A stretch of 64,000 bases of DNA from Auanema rhodensis (taxonomy: Eukaryota; Animalia; Nematoda). Under the pieces are notes generated by a model. That model saw only the letters and a program-made list of their open reading frames with translations. It had not been told where the DNA came from and did not search any database. The translations under genes and the position numbers were made by a program. The stretch lies in assembly GCA_964057225.1 (NCBI GenBank), contig OZ059896.1, forward strand, positions 14,384,001-14,448,000. The letters run 5' to 3'. This document shows, in pieces, positions 26,056 to 40,768 of the stretch (its first letter is position 1; the number at the start of each line of letters is the position of its first letter).

Positions 26056-29000
26056 TGTTGATGATGATAAATGTCATTTGGAAAATCATTTATATAGTAT
26101 TTGAGGATATATGTTTTGATAAATAATCTATTTAATCATCTGTCATCATCATAATCAACATACAATACTGAGGTTGTTTCAATGAAATGACGTATAACCT
26201 CATATTCGTCTCGTCTGATCCATTTGTATCTATAAAACACCTGTCTTATCCATTCATCCCACGCTTATTCGCTATATGATGATCATAATTGGTTAATAAT
26301 ATATTTAATTTTTGATAAAATAAATAAAAAAAATGTATATGTAGATTGATGTATACATCAATAATAATAATAATAATATCTATTAAAGATATTTATTTAA
26401 TTTAATATTTACTATATTAATTTATATTCAAATAAATATAAATATATATTATAATATTTCTTTGAAAAAAAAATTTAAAACTAATTCATTTTACCATCTC
26501 TTATTTTACCTAAAATATCATAAAATTTTGAACATGAATACAATGTAGTTTATGAATATTTAATAAATCTATGAAAGGTTCAACGATTGACAAGAACTCT
26601 CTCTCTCTCCTTCTCTCTCTCCTTCTCTCTCTCTCGCTCTCTCTCTCCTTCTCTCTCTCTCGCTCTCTCTATGACATCTCCATCATATGTCTTTCATCTT
26701 TCATTTATTACCTTATGAAGACCATATATCACCTTTACATTCTCTCAAAAACAAAACGAAAATGAAAGAAAATGGCCGCACGTCTGTTGTTGAATTAGAA
26801 ATGACGACATCTGTCTATTGAATTCATGCATATCACATCTGGAAGATGGTTTGCGAGCCGAAACAGGCAACAGACTCCCGAAAATAGTCTTCTGATGATG
26901 ACAGTACACGATTACTTCTGACAATTGTCATCGTTATTATTAACCTAGAGAAGTGAAGATGAAGACGAGAATGATGATGAAACTGATCACAACGATGTAG
27001 TTGTAGTAATGCTGAGAAACTCTTCATTGTGATAATGGTCCAAGATACTTGAACGATTTTTTATTTTTCAACCAATCATTATAATATTAAAAAGAATATA
27101 TGATTTTCACGTCCTTCAATACTGTTAAAATACATCAACTAAACGGGTAAACGGGTTTTTTTTATACATTTTGAAAGGACAATGACGACGTCAAGCATGC
27201 CTATGTAGAAGACGAAAAAAGAAGAAGAAGACGGCGGTGGGGGGGGGGGAGAAGAAACATGACAGAAGACACCTGCTCTCTTTCTATCTTTGTATACTTC
27301 GTTCTATTTCTCATATTTGTCGTCTTCGACCTCTTCATTTTTGTTTTATTCTTCTTCATCATCATACAAGATTATAAGAGAAATTGAAAAATCAACACAC
27401 AACTTCATTTTGATAAATCAGAATCAGAGGTTATTGATACTGTGTTAAGACTTCTAACTGAATAGAGAGTAAAAGAAAAAAATGAAGGAAAAGAAATAGA
27501 AAAATCTGAATGTGTGGGAAGACGAGAGAGGAATCTCTCTATCAGTACACATACACATATACACTACATACACATACACCCACACCTAGAGACATCGTTC
27601 TCAACGTCGACTTCCTTGCCTAACATCGTGAACTATCATCAACTTCAAACTGTTGACGTTGTTTTCATCTGAATGTACACTGTCAGCCTAATCGCTATAC
27701 ATATACCCTTCCTCGTTCATAATGGCTTCCATTGACATCGTTAAATAGTTACAGACCAATGTCAGCAATGTCTCCACAACATCGCCATCACCACCACCAT
27801 CATCACAAGTCATGAGTAGCATTATGTCCTTATTCTAACTAATACGGCTATTCCTACACATATCCAACACTAATATCGACCTTAGCAGATGGAAATTCAT
27901 TGTCGTTGTCATTCTAGCTGATGAGACGACGATGATGATCATCATCTGTCGTATTGTGCCTGTCTCTGTTGCTCTCACCCATCATTCATACTTAAATGAA
28001 CGTGAGATGGTTTCCCATATTGCTGCAGATTTGGATGGCAAAACTGGTCTTACCATACTGATTTACGTGCTCTTTCTTAATAGATGTCATGTCAATCAGA
28101 CGAACTGTTTAGAGGGCTATCCCTCACATCATCACCATTCGGACTCGTATGACCAATGTACATGCCTCGTCAGTAATGCTTGATCATTTCAACGGTTGTG
28201 GTCATTTCTTCAGAAGTTCTGTTTGAAATAAAAACTTTTCATTCCTCTGTCACCTGATGAATTCTATCTATTCGTCGAAAATTCATTTATAATCTATCAA
28301 TTGTGATATAATTTTTGAAATAAAAAGCAAAATAAATTCTAGTTCATAATACATAGAACAAAATATCTTATTACTTTATATAGTTAGGGTAGTTTTACAC
28401 ATATTCTCTCATTTTCTCTCTGTCTCTCTCTGTCTCTTTTTAATTAAAGACTAACCGTTTTTCTCTTTTAACCTTCTATCACGACCTACTATCGACGACC
28501 AAGAGATATAGTAAAACCAGTTTGAGGCGTTTGGCAACAGCTGAGACACAATCTGTTCATCTTCATTCAAACAAATCCTTTCCAACCAAAAATTAAATTA
28601 TTTTATGATGAAATTACATATTTTTTTGCTTTGAGATGACCGCCATCATACAGACTCTTGTCTGTCTTTAGTTTTTCTCTTTCTCTCTCTCTCTCTCTAC
28701 TCACTCATACCTCTTACTATTCGTTGTCTACAATTCAGTTATTAAAATGATTGTCGTCCTTGACTTTTCTCCTATTTAATGTATAGATCTAGCTTTTGTT
28801 GTCTTTTCATTATTTTGATTATTTTCAACAAAAAAAAAGTTTTTTTTTTAATTTTTCGTAAACATTTCCCTCTCATTTGGTCAAAGAATGTCTTTTCAAT
28901 CAGACACAATGTCGCCAACGAATCCTGAATAAACATTCCAATTTAGTCATAAACAAGAAAAAAATTAAGAATATCATCTTCTTATCATTAATTTTTGTCA

Positions 29001-32000
29001 ATTAATCTCTAATTAAACTGTCAATCGGATTAAAATTTTTCAGCAAATCGCTAATAGCTCTCCAGGAAATTATTATTTTTTAAATTTGAAATACAAACAG
29101 TATCAATATCTGTTCATTCTAGTCTTCAACACATCCTTCATCAACTCCTCTTCTTCTTCTTCTTCATCTTCATACTACTGCTACTCCTTACTCTCTGACC
29201 TTATATGAAAGAAGAGATGTAACATTGAATTTATTGCTAAAATTTCTGGGGCAATTTGAGTATAATAGCTTTATTGGCTTATTATGTATATTGTAAATTT
29301 TTATTAAATTTAATTAAAAATAATTGAAATAGTCTGAAAAAGGTTTCATAAATATCCCATTCATCAAGCTACTATTACATATTAAGGAGGACAAATATAG
29401 AAATTTTGATGGTTTGTACATGATGTTCCAAATAAAATATTTTGTTTATTCATCCTTAAAATGATGATAGTTCGAAAGTCATTAAGCTATTTGCTAATTT
29501 CATTTAGTTCAGTTCAATTATTGAATGAAAAATCAAATAGTGCTCATCACTCCTTTCTCTCTCTTTCTCTCTCTTCTTCTCTCTTTCTCTCTCATTCATT
29601 TCTCTCTCTTATTCTTTCTCTCTCTCACTCATTTCTCTCTTAAACATCAATGTTTATAGTATAATTTTCATTTTTTTGTCCTAAAATAGGATAACATATG
29701 AGGAAAATATAATAGAAAAGTGGAACAAAGCTTACTAACTATACTGTAGTGGAATGAATAAAAAAAAAGTTTGTTGATGATAGTTTAACCAATTGAACAT
29801 TCATCTTCGACAATATTTCATTTTTCTTCATCAGTCAAAGAGGATTGAGCTAGCAACTACACCTACTGTTCACTTGTAATGATAACATTGAGACATTGGG
29901 GTGTAGAAAATTAAAGAAATGAATGAAAGCAAATAATTATTTAGAAATATCGTAGATATGATGAAAAACAGCATAAATCGTTATCTGACGTCAAATTTTC
30001 TTTGAAATTTTGCTTTAGAGATTGAAGATACATGCAAAATCATAAAGATTCTTGGTAGTTTGAGTGGGTTTTCATATCAAACCTAGTTTGCATCATCAAC
30101 TGAAAAGTCAATTATGTACTTCAAACTCGTAAAATTCTCATCATATATATAGGCAAAACGAATAGAAATATTGTAATAATTGAATTTGTTTATTTCTTTC
30201 TTTTCTAGTTATCAACAAGTTCAAAGTCTTTTTTTATGTTTTTTGATGAAACATACATACATATATAGATAATATTAGTTAGTTATCATATTAATCCTCT
30301 TTATTTTTAAGAAAAAAAAACATTTTTCATATTTTATATAAGAAAAATGCTATAAAGCTTCAGTCACAATCAAATTCTCTTGCAACATCAAGTCGACCCC
30401 CCCACCCAATTCATATTTCACACACCTAACCTTTTCTCTCCAATGTCTCTGTCTCTCAAAAAATTCTCTTTATACTTCTCTTCTAATATTTTTTTAAGTT
30501 CATATTCCCTATATGTATCTTTTGCAACAAAGTTTAAAAAAAAAAAGAAACATTGCAAAGTTGAACGTGAATTTTGAAAAGTTTTGTAAACTTTCTGTCA
30601 TATATAAAGATGAATTTCGGTTTTGCTCATCTATTTTTAATCGTATTAACTACCAAAATTTTTATAAAAAGAATTATATTATATGTTATATAGTTAAATA
30701 ATTTATTTAATATCATATATACAGTAAAATACAATATATTTAGAGGTTATAACTTGATAATTGCAAATTCAATAACAAGTATTATCATTCTGTTTAGTAC
30801 TCTAACAGCCTTCTTTATTAGACAAATTTGATTTATTTCTATATAAAATCATTGATTTCTATACATTAAACACTAAATAACATCTTTCTTTTTCTTCCTC
30901 CAATTTCATTAAAAAACCTGAAAAATGCTGATTTGATCCCGAGTGTCCTTTACTCGGACGTACAACATGCAACTATAATATGATTTCGTTGATCCTGTCG
31001 AACATAGATAAAGAGAGATTAAGAGAGAAATATTGAAAAGTTGAGAAATTGAAAGAAGAAGAGGAAAAGAGAGAGAGAGAAAGAGAAGGTTAAAGCATAG
31101 GTTGAACATTTGGAATAATAATTGCAACATGATTATGATGTCATATCGTTAAACGAAGATCAGCTCGACGAGATTAAAAGAGCAAAATCTGATACAAATC
31201 TCTTCTACATTCCGTTTCGAAATCAACAAATTGAACTATTAAACTAGGTATGATGGCATGATAAATCTGATATTATTGTGCAGTTCTCTCACTCTCTCTC
31301 TCTCTCCCTCTATATATATCTCTCTATCTCTATCTCCCTCTATCTCTCTCTCTCTCCTAATTGATGAAAATTTTCGTAATAATTTCAAAGAAAAAAGTTT
31401 GCTTTTCCAAAACTTTATTATCATTTTTAGAACAAAAGATAATATATAGATCTTTAACTGATTAATTTAGAGCAAAAAAAACAGAAGACGATAAGTCTGC
31501 GTACATACCTTCATTCCTTGTTTGTCCCCAAACATTGCCACCCACCCAACCTTCTCTCTATTCACTTAATCATCTTCAAAGCTTTCTATTTCTTTTTCTC
31601 AGTATTTCTTCAAGGTTTAGGCTCATCCTTAGCCTATCTACATCAAGAGATTTTCATAAGAGTTTTTTCTTGGGTTCTATCTATCTCTCGATTGAGAATA
31701 TCGTCCAGAACATCATGAGATCAAAAACTTTATGGAACTAAAAATCAAACCTTTATGACATTTTGCGAAAATAATCAGAAATTTATGCTATAATTGGTCT
31801 TAGTTTTTAGTAGTAGAGCATACATCATCAAATATCATTATTCAGCCTTTTTTTTAATTTTTTCAAGTTTTAAGTTTAAAGATTAAATGAATAGGATGAC
31901 CTCATATTGTACGTTAATGATGCTTCATCATAAAATCATAAAAATTTGTTCAATGAATTATTTATTATTTTAATTTATTTATTTCTTTTTTCCAATCTTA

Positions 32001-32120
32001 TCATCAACATTTTTAATTATTTAAATAGATAAGTAATTCAATTAGTGTTGGTTTCAGAAGGTTATCAGCTAATCAACTGGCCAAATGATCATCTGGCCAT
32101 CATCTAGTCCCTCTATTTCA

Positions 32121-32220
<100 letters not shown>

Positions 32221-35200
32221 TCTATTTTTCTTTTTCTCTCTATCTCTCTATCTTTCTCTCTTTCAATTTTATTTTTTATTTCAAAGAAAACAAATATTTA
32301 TTTGTTATTTCTTCATCTTATATGATACTTTTTTGGTCATTGATTGAAAGGAAGAAAAAATAACAGAAACTTCTTTTGTTTGGATCAAAACTTTTCTTTT
32401 ATTATCTCTTTTCCCTCTCTCTCTATGTCTTACTCTCTTATACTCACTTTCAAAGTTTCATATCATCTGGATCCCAAGTTCATTCCCTTTTTTTTCAAAC
32501 AAAAAACCCTTTGTGTATGACCCTACTTTCTCTTTCATTTTTTCCTTTTTTTTTGTTTAAAAAAGTTAAAAATCTAGTTAAAAATTAGTTTTTACGTTAC
32601 CTAATCTCATCATTATCATTCTTTATTCAATTTTAAATTTCTTGTTTCAATTTCGTGAATGCTTATGCTCTCAGGTTTCATTCTTTTCTCATACTCAATG
32701 AACTCAACATCAAAAGTTCACATATAAGATTTTGATAATAATCATCATCAAAAGTAATTTCAAATTCTTAATGATTTTCTCAGTTACAGGTACAAACTCA
32801 CACACTTTCTTAGATTAAAACATCACAACATTGATGTAATTTGGGTTGTGAGAAATCATGAGTTAACGTCATGCTTTTTCGTTTTTGTATCATAAGTCTA
32901 TCGTCGGAAATCTGAAAAAAATTTGATCTCTTTCTCTCTCTCTCTCTCTCTCTGGTTTCCTTTTCTCTCTCTTTTCTCTATTTCTTTCTATTTCTCTCCT
33001 TTTTTCTCTTTAATAGTTAAAGAATAGCTTCTCTTTCATTTACTGAAGTATATACAGCTTCTTCATATTTCGATTTTTGATCAAGAATAATCATGTATTT
33101 CCATATAAAGCAACAAAAAAAAACTTTAAAAATCTACCAAAATAACTAATCATATGATATGTTTCAATATTTTGTTTATTTTGTTTGGTAAAAAAACTAG
33201 TTAAACTATATAATATAAGCATATTTATATTCATATTCATAGAATATATCATGAAAGACACAACATTTACCAAATTTTTATAGATTGTATTCATTCAAAA
33301 ACCAAAAAAAAAAAATTTTTATAAGAAGTTTTATATACTTATGAATAGTTTACTATATGTTAATGTTATGTTTTTAATTTCTTTTCTTTTTTTTATATTC
33401 TGTTGATGTTATTATGTCATTTTGAACATTTAAACTATTCAAATAATGAAGTTTACTGTGATATATGAAGTAAAAATGGTTTAGCTAGAGAGAGAGAGAT
33501 ATGGAGAAAAGACGATAACAAGAAGAAACAAATGATTGAAATAGCTAAGAGAATTTATGTATTTTACTCCATAGTTAACACTTAAAACTCTCTCTCTCTC
33601 TCTCCCCCTCTCTCTCTTTCTTTCTCTCTCTCTTTCTATGTAATATGTTTTCTCTCTCATTTTATCTTTCTATCAATCCACAAATCTCTATCTCTAGTTT
33701 GCTAAGTGAAATGTTCTCATGATGTTGCAAACGAAAAATGTCGTGTGTGGCATCTGACGTGAAACCAGATGACATATGTCGTCGTACCCAGCATGAACAT
33801 TGACTTCAATTGTTCTTATAAACTGTGTGATGTTCAACGTACTCTAAACAGAAAATTTATTGAAATGGTTATTGCCTACGATGAAGTTGGACGGACGGCG
33901 GTCAACTACTGTCACTCTCGTCTTCGAGTAACATTTTCCCAAGAAACCTGTGTGCCTTTCTTGTTCTTCTTGTCTCCTATCTTCCTACTTTCTCTCTTCT
34001 TGCCAACAACCAGGTTTGTGGTCGTAGTGATCAGTGCAGTGCTAGTAGTAGTGATAGTGGTCGTCATCGTTGCCGTCGTTGATCAACGTCTGCATCATCA
34101 CCAGTTATCAGAAGCGTCGTCGCGCTTCACTACATGTGCGAGTTATGATCTAACGCTTGTTTGTTAGTTATTCTGCAAAATGACTGTCTATCTATCTACT
34201 TTTGCATGTCTCTGTGTCTGTTTGACTTTAAATAGAACGAGAATGCTTTTGCTATTTGCAATATTCCATTTTCATACACTCTTATAAGATGATGAAAACA
34301 CTAAAAAAAGGTTATAAACATAGTTTTAAACTTATTTATTTATATTGAAATGATATACATAACTATATTATATATTATAATATAAGTTATAAATCCAATA
34401 ACTATAACACTTAGATTTATAGTTATTTTTAATTTTATTCTTATGTTTATATCAAATATACATATTTTTAGACAATTTTCATATATAACTAACTATTTAT
34501 ATAAAATTCATTTTTTTTTCTTATTTGATCTAAAAGCATAATGATTTTAAACTATTTTTATACTTTAAAAATGAATTCATATTTATTTTTCAATAATATA
34601 TACATATAATATGAATATTTTATTTATACTTTATGAGCAAAGTAATTAGCATATCCACGTGAAAGTTCGTTGAGTTGACGTGAGATGCTGGATTTTCAAT
34701 TAAATTGCATAACGTGAACAGTTGCATTTCCTTTTTCATTCACTCACCTCTTTCATACTGTTATACACCTTCTATTTCATTATCTCTTTCTCTTCTATAC
34801 AAGATCATCACACGTAACGCTATTCAATCTTTGATTTGCTATACTCTTTAGAGGTTCATTCCCTCCCTCACCCCACCCTCTGTACTCACTCCCCTCACCA
34901 CGATGCAAGTCATTTACTCTTGTATTTTGCAACGAATGAACTATGTGGCAACTAGCCGGTTCATAGTAGACACGTATTCATGTACTGGAACATCAAATGT
35001 CCTTTCATGCACTGTCAACACCTAACCTCAGATTCTCTCTTTATAATAATTCTTTGAACATCAGATTTCTCCTTACTTTCTTCATAATAGTTTATATCCA
35101 TGTAATAATAATATTTCTGATTACTTGTGTGTTGCAATCAGAGACACATGTAAGAGTACGATGACTGGATGACTGACTAGCAGCTGAAAGCAAGGTACTT

Positions 35201-35777
35201 GCTGTTTGATGTTAATAGCTTGTTGCACAACCCACCCCTCCCCCTCAGGCCTGTCTTGTTATAGCATGGTCTGCTCCTCCTCCTTGTATCTACAATGTGT
35301 ATAACTATTACGTACTATTCTAGTTCATTATACATTAACAGTTCATGAAGCTATGTCATCAATGATTTTATTTCGTATATCTAAGATCAACAATCTGTAC
35401 TTCTCAGCATGTCTTTCTGACCTTTCTCCTCAAAAGATTTCCAAATTTCTTTGCAATTTTTCATGAAAAGTTCGTTTAAATATTTCATTAAAGTACAATA
35501 GTTCCATTCATTTAAAAAAAAATTGTTTCTTGTTTTCACGAGGTTCAGATGCTCTGACTGAGCTTCGTCCGTTTCTCAATAGATCGTCCCAATTGATAAT
35601 CTTTTTGAATTTGTTCGTCAGCCATTCAACTTACACTACGTTTAGTTCTTTTTCTTCATTTCATAGCAATTTTATGTTATAGTAAAGCATTTTCTTTCTT
35701 TTTTTTTTTTATTAAATATAAATTATCTTAATTATATAATATATGAAAAATTAATTATTTTATATAAATATGTTTAG

Positions 35778-37266
35778 ATGCCAAGTTCAACAATCAGTAC
35801 ATTTCCGGTAGAAATATTATCAGTTGATAATACAGGTCAGTTTCTTTAAGCATTTATTCTTTTTTTTATATTTATAATCTTTAAATTAAATTATTTTGTT
35901 GTCTTTTTCATTGAAACAAAAAAAAAAACTTTGTTATAGTATGATATCATCTTATCTTTCTAATAATCTTTCAAGAAAACGATGTATCATTACAAGTTTA
36001 TTTATTATTTATAAACTATAACAAACTTAACTATATTTGTATAGTAATTCAATAGAAAAATAAATTTAAAAAACAAATAAACTGAAAAATTCGTTGAAAA
36101 GAGTAAAGTTCAAGATAAATATGTAAAACTTTGATTTATGAATCTAGTTCTCTATTTGCAGCAAAAATAAAACAAATTTCTTAACTTACAACGTAGATTA
36201 TAAATTTCTTTCTTTCAGCTACTACACCTCAATTCTCTCAATTCTGGGAAGTTGTTATTGTTGCTTCTTCACCTATTCTATTAGCTTTCTTTTTATGTTT
36301 TTGTATAGTTTGCCTTCTATTCCGTCGTCAAGAATCAGGTATGATTTCATCTATCAAATCTTCTTATTCATTCTATTCAATACAGAAGCTACGGTTACAA
36401 CTACTGTTATACATTCATCTTCATCTAGACGTACACCATTAGCTAATATACTTCGTCAATTACCTCCTCCACCTAAATATGACGTTGGTATGATTTTGAA
36501 TTTTTATTTTAATTTATAATTCTTGAAATCATCTCTCATTAACTTACTTTTCTTGATTACAGCTATTGCTTCAACACCTCCACCTCCAATTTACTCTGAT
36601 GAAGAGAAGAATCTTATTTACGATCCTCTCCGATCATTTATAGCTGCACGTGCAGCTTCAGCATCCACAACAACAACATCAACAACATCACCCACTTCTC
36701 CAGCTTCGCAACAGCAAACTTCTCCAACCTTATCAATTCAATATCTCTATCCTCCTCGTTACGAAGCTCAACGTGCCGTAACAACTGTCGTCACAACCGA
36801 TGAAACGTAAGTATCTTTTCCTTTTTCGATTTTTAAAGAAAAAACATCATAACAGACAATCCGTTCCCATTTTTCTAACACTGATAATAATACTTTGAAC
36901 TGATCATTACAAACATTATTAGCGACTTATCAGCAAAAACTATTCGTTTTCACCTTTAATATCAAACGAAATGAAAAGTTCTCATCCGTATTCTACTCAC
37001 ATGACGTGATATTTCACGTGCTATTATGAAAATCATTAGTTTTTGCATAAAATATATTGATATAATGATGTATTTTAAAAATACTTTTTTAATTTTACTT
37101 TATCATTTTATTATATTTTTGAAAAAATGATAAGAAATATATGAGCAATTGAAATGAAGATAATATTCATTTTATTTTTGAAAAATAAAATAACCATGAA
37201 TTTATTGGATTAACATTATGTTGATCAAGCTAGCTCATATGCTTACTCTCCACCCCCCCCCCCTCG

Positions 37267-37317
<51 letters not shown>

Positions 37318-37591
37318 ACCTTTCATCACATACTTTAACCGTCTTATGTACTCTAATATACCATTGATCTTACCTCAAATATCAAACAATATGCAAACAA
37401 TGGCAATTCCAGATATAATCATTATTTGCAGATCCGTTCCAGTTGGCCCTCCAGAATATGAGCAATCAGCTTCTGATCCTCGTATTATCGTTGTACCGGA
37501 TATGAATAAGCAACGTCGACAATCAGCTACATCTATAGCTATACGTCCAGATGCATTATCCATAATGGCAGCCGGCCCTTCACAAAGCTAA
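35778..37591 (+). CDS. Single-pass membrane protein with four PPxY motifs (Nedd4/WW-binding adaptor-like), 5 exons
   Basis: MPSSTISTFPVEILSVDNT|ATTPQFSQFWEVVIVASSPILLAFFLCFCIVCLLFRRQES|...LPPPPKYDV|AIASTPPPPIYSD...YPPRYE...|SVPVGPPEYEQ...AAGPSQS*. All splice phases are consistent. Confidence 0.85.
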
Positions 37592-38074
37592 TCAGAATCT
37601 ACATATATAACGTGGGATGCAGGTTTTTACGGATATTTTGAAAAAAATGTGGATGAAAAATCCAAGATTTAGCCAGAAACCACAGCCAATATGTTATCTT
37701 CATATACATATATAGATAATCAGACATATTTTCGTTTTCTTTTAATTATTTTAAACGCATGTATACATGACTATATTAGCTTTACTATCTTGCTTATTAT
37801 ATCTCTTTCATTACTTTTTTTTTATAAGTTATATAGATTGTTTTAAACTTTAAGTTTTAATGCTCAATCAATGCTCCAAAATTAACAGCTCATTATCTCT
37901 CATTACTCACTTCACCTTGTATGTTTTTCCTATTGTTATATCATTTCTTTTTCTACTTATACAATCGTTGTAGTCATTATTATCTTATTCTTTTTCTGTA
38001 CAAGACCCGTATTTTTTGATTTGATTATGTCATCTTTCATAACCTCAATCATATTGCTTCAGGATCATAATATC

Positions 38075-38155
38075 TAACTAACTAACTAACCAACTAACTA
38101 ACTACCTATCTAACTAACTATATATCCATATATGTATGTATAACTAACTAACTAT
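38075..38155. repeat. Degenerate (TAAC)n tetranucleotide tract
   Basis: ctaactaactaactaacc... visible in the sequence. Confidence 0.8.
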
Positions 38156-39200
38156 TTTCAGTTTTCATTACGGGTATCTGCTTATACTTTGAAGCAGATT
38201 AGATGCATATTCATTCCATTTGTAATAAAAAATGTTTTCTCTTATACTTTTCATATTAATTTCTAAATAAAAGAGTTTTTTTATTAAATTTTAAAGTTTT
38301 AGTTAACTTTATTTCACAAAAATACACAAATCATCACAACATACATACATATATGTACATGAACATACATGAATAACAATTAATCTTTTCCGACAGAACA
38401 AAAAAAAGTTGAAAATAATAGAATTAAGTGCTAAAAATTAGAAATTCAAATAGAAAAATTTTGTTTTGAAACTTGTTTGAATTGAAAAAAAAGGTTTCAT
38501 GAGATACACAGAAATATGAATTATTACAAATTTGATTTATAATATCGTATATTAAATATTAAGAAGTTGAACTTAAACTTAAATTAAAACTTGAAATATA
38601 TATAAACACATTGATATATATACCTTTATACGTAAGCAATTTGTAATCTGTAATAATTAAGCTTAAGCTTATACGATTTTAATGAGATTTGTTGTTGTTC
38701 TTGAAGATATTGTTACAAGGAAACTGCTGATTCTTGTCGCTTTTCTGTACTTTCGCTCCGATAGCTTCGTTTTTCTGCTGCAAGCGAAAGGAAAAAACAG
38801 CAAAAATTCAAGAATCTCATATAACGACCTCAGGTATCACGATACCTCTAGAAAAAAATTTTTATTTTCCCATAGTTAATTTCATAAATTTCCTACATTT
38901 CATCTATACAATATCGTATAATTAACGTTTTTCTTTCTTTATATTCTCATTCTCTCTGTCTAGCTATTTCATCTATTCTTTCTCTTTCTCTCTACCATTC
39001 TTTCTCTATCATTTTCTCTTTATATTCCATTGTTTTTCTCTTTGAACACCCACGTCAAATAAAAAAATTAGAAATATTTCAAAATTATGAAGCATTTCTT
39101 AAATGTTAAAATATAATTTTCTCTCTCAATTTTTAGATCTGATTTTTTATTCAAAGTTTTATTCATTATAAATATTTTAAGAAAAATGAATAATTTTTTT

Positions 39201-40768
39201 ATGGATAATGCTCCAATTATTATAACTATATGTATGATAATATTTAATATTATTGGTCATTTTGGTAATTTCAATTTCATTATTGCTATTCTACGAAATA
39301 AAAAATTACAAACTCGTAATGGTAATGAGTTAAGGTGGTTACGGTTACAGCATTTTTAAAAACTTTAATTTAGGTATATTAATGGCTGTATTATCATTTG
39401 AACAATCTATATGTCTTTTAAGTCAATTATATAATACATATTTCAGTTTTAAAGGTTTATTTATAATAAATTATAATAAAAATATTAAATATATATTTAA
39501 GAAAATAATATTATGCGAACAGATTGTTTAAATTATGCTTTTATATTAGTTTTTTGTATATCATGTTATACAGCTATGTTCTTAATTATTTCAATTGATA
39601 TACTTATAGATGTTATATTTCCAATGTTGTAAGTTGATTATCATTAAGCTTTTTCAAGTTTCAACCTACCAAACTTTAATTTTTAGCTTACGTACAATTA
39701 ATGAAGGTGTTTATCTGTTAACTATATGTTTACTTCCAACTATATTTCCATGTATTTTACTTGCAATAGCATTTCTTAGAGATGATAATACTATTATATT
39801 TTTATGTAATCCACCATTATCATTATCATCTGATCGTAAGTTTTTTCGAATTTTCTTTTTAATTTTAAATATTTTATTATAGTTCGTACATTATTTACTT
39901 ATTATCTATTATCAATTAATTTTCCTACTTTATTTTCATATATTATATTATATGTAATAGTATCTAAACGAGGTAACAAATCTTTTTCTTATTATTTTAA
40001 TATTTATGAATTAAAACTTTATTTCAGATCGTAAAAATAAAGTTCGAGGAAAATCATCAGAGAATAAAGTTTGTTTATTTGTTATTATTATTTTCTTTTA
40101 TGTGAATGTGTATATCATAATAATAATAATTAGCATATAAATAGATTACAATTAAAATATATGAAAACACATAGACACGTTACACGTAAAAATAAATATT
40201 TACGTGAAATTATCATTTTCATTATTTATATTATGTTAACTGGTTGCATTTAGATTATAATATTTATAAATTAACTATATAATAATATAATTAACAAAAA
40301 TTATTTTTATTAATATCAATATTTAAGGTATTACACTCATTGAATATACTTATAATTAATTTTATGGTAATATGGTTAGCATATAGTATTATATTATTTT
40401 TTGTCTCTTGGTTAAACTCTGATGCACAAATTGTCGAAGTTGTTCAAAGTTATTGCGTTAGTTTCAAATTTTTATTTTTATTTTTACTTAAATTTAATTT
40501 TTGCTAATTTTATCTAAAAATCAATTAAAAATTAAATCATATTTCATGGTTTTTAGAGTATACTTACATCAATCTGTTGCTCACAGAACTTTTATGTTTG
40601 CTTTTTTCGATCAGAACTATATCGGAATGTTTTTATAAATCAATTAGCTTATTTCTGCCCAAAATTAAAAAAAAGCGTAAGAATTAATTATTTTATTATA
40701 TAATTTATTTATATTATTAGAAATCATTATGTGTTAATCGCAGTCAGCAACTTACAACGATGTCATAA
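39201..40768 (+). CDS. Nematode 7TM chemoreceptor GPCR, Srsx-like
   Basis: MDNAPIIITICMIIFNIIGHFGNFNFIIAILRNKKLQTRNG (TM1 GxxGN); TM3 AMFLIISID; ECL2 FLCNPPLSL; TM7 CCSQNFYVCFFRSELYRNVF. Stop TAA at 40766-40768. Confidence 0.88.

Noticed and set aside
33769-34167. 132-aa ORF with a Val-rich 'TM' segment
   Set aside because: Hydrophobicity comes from GTA/GTC triplet repeats; it is intronless in an intron-dense genome and has no motif.
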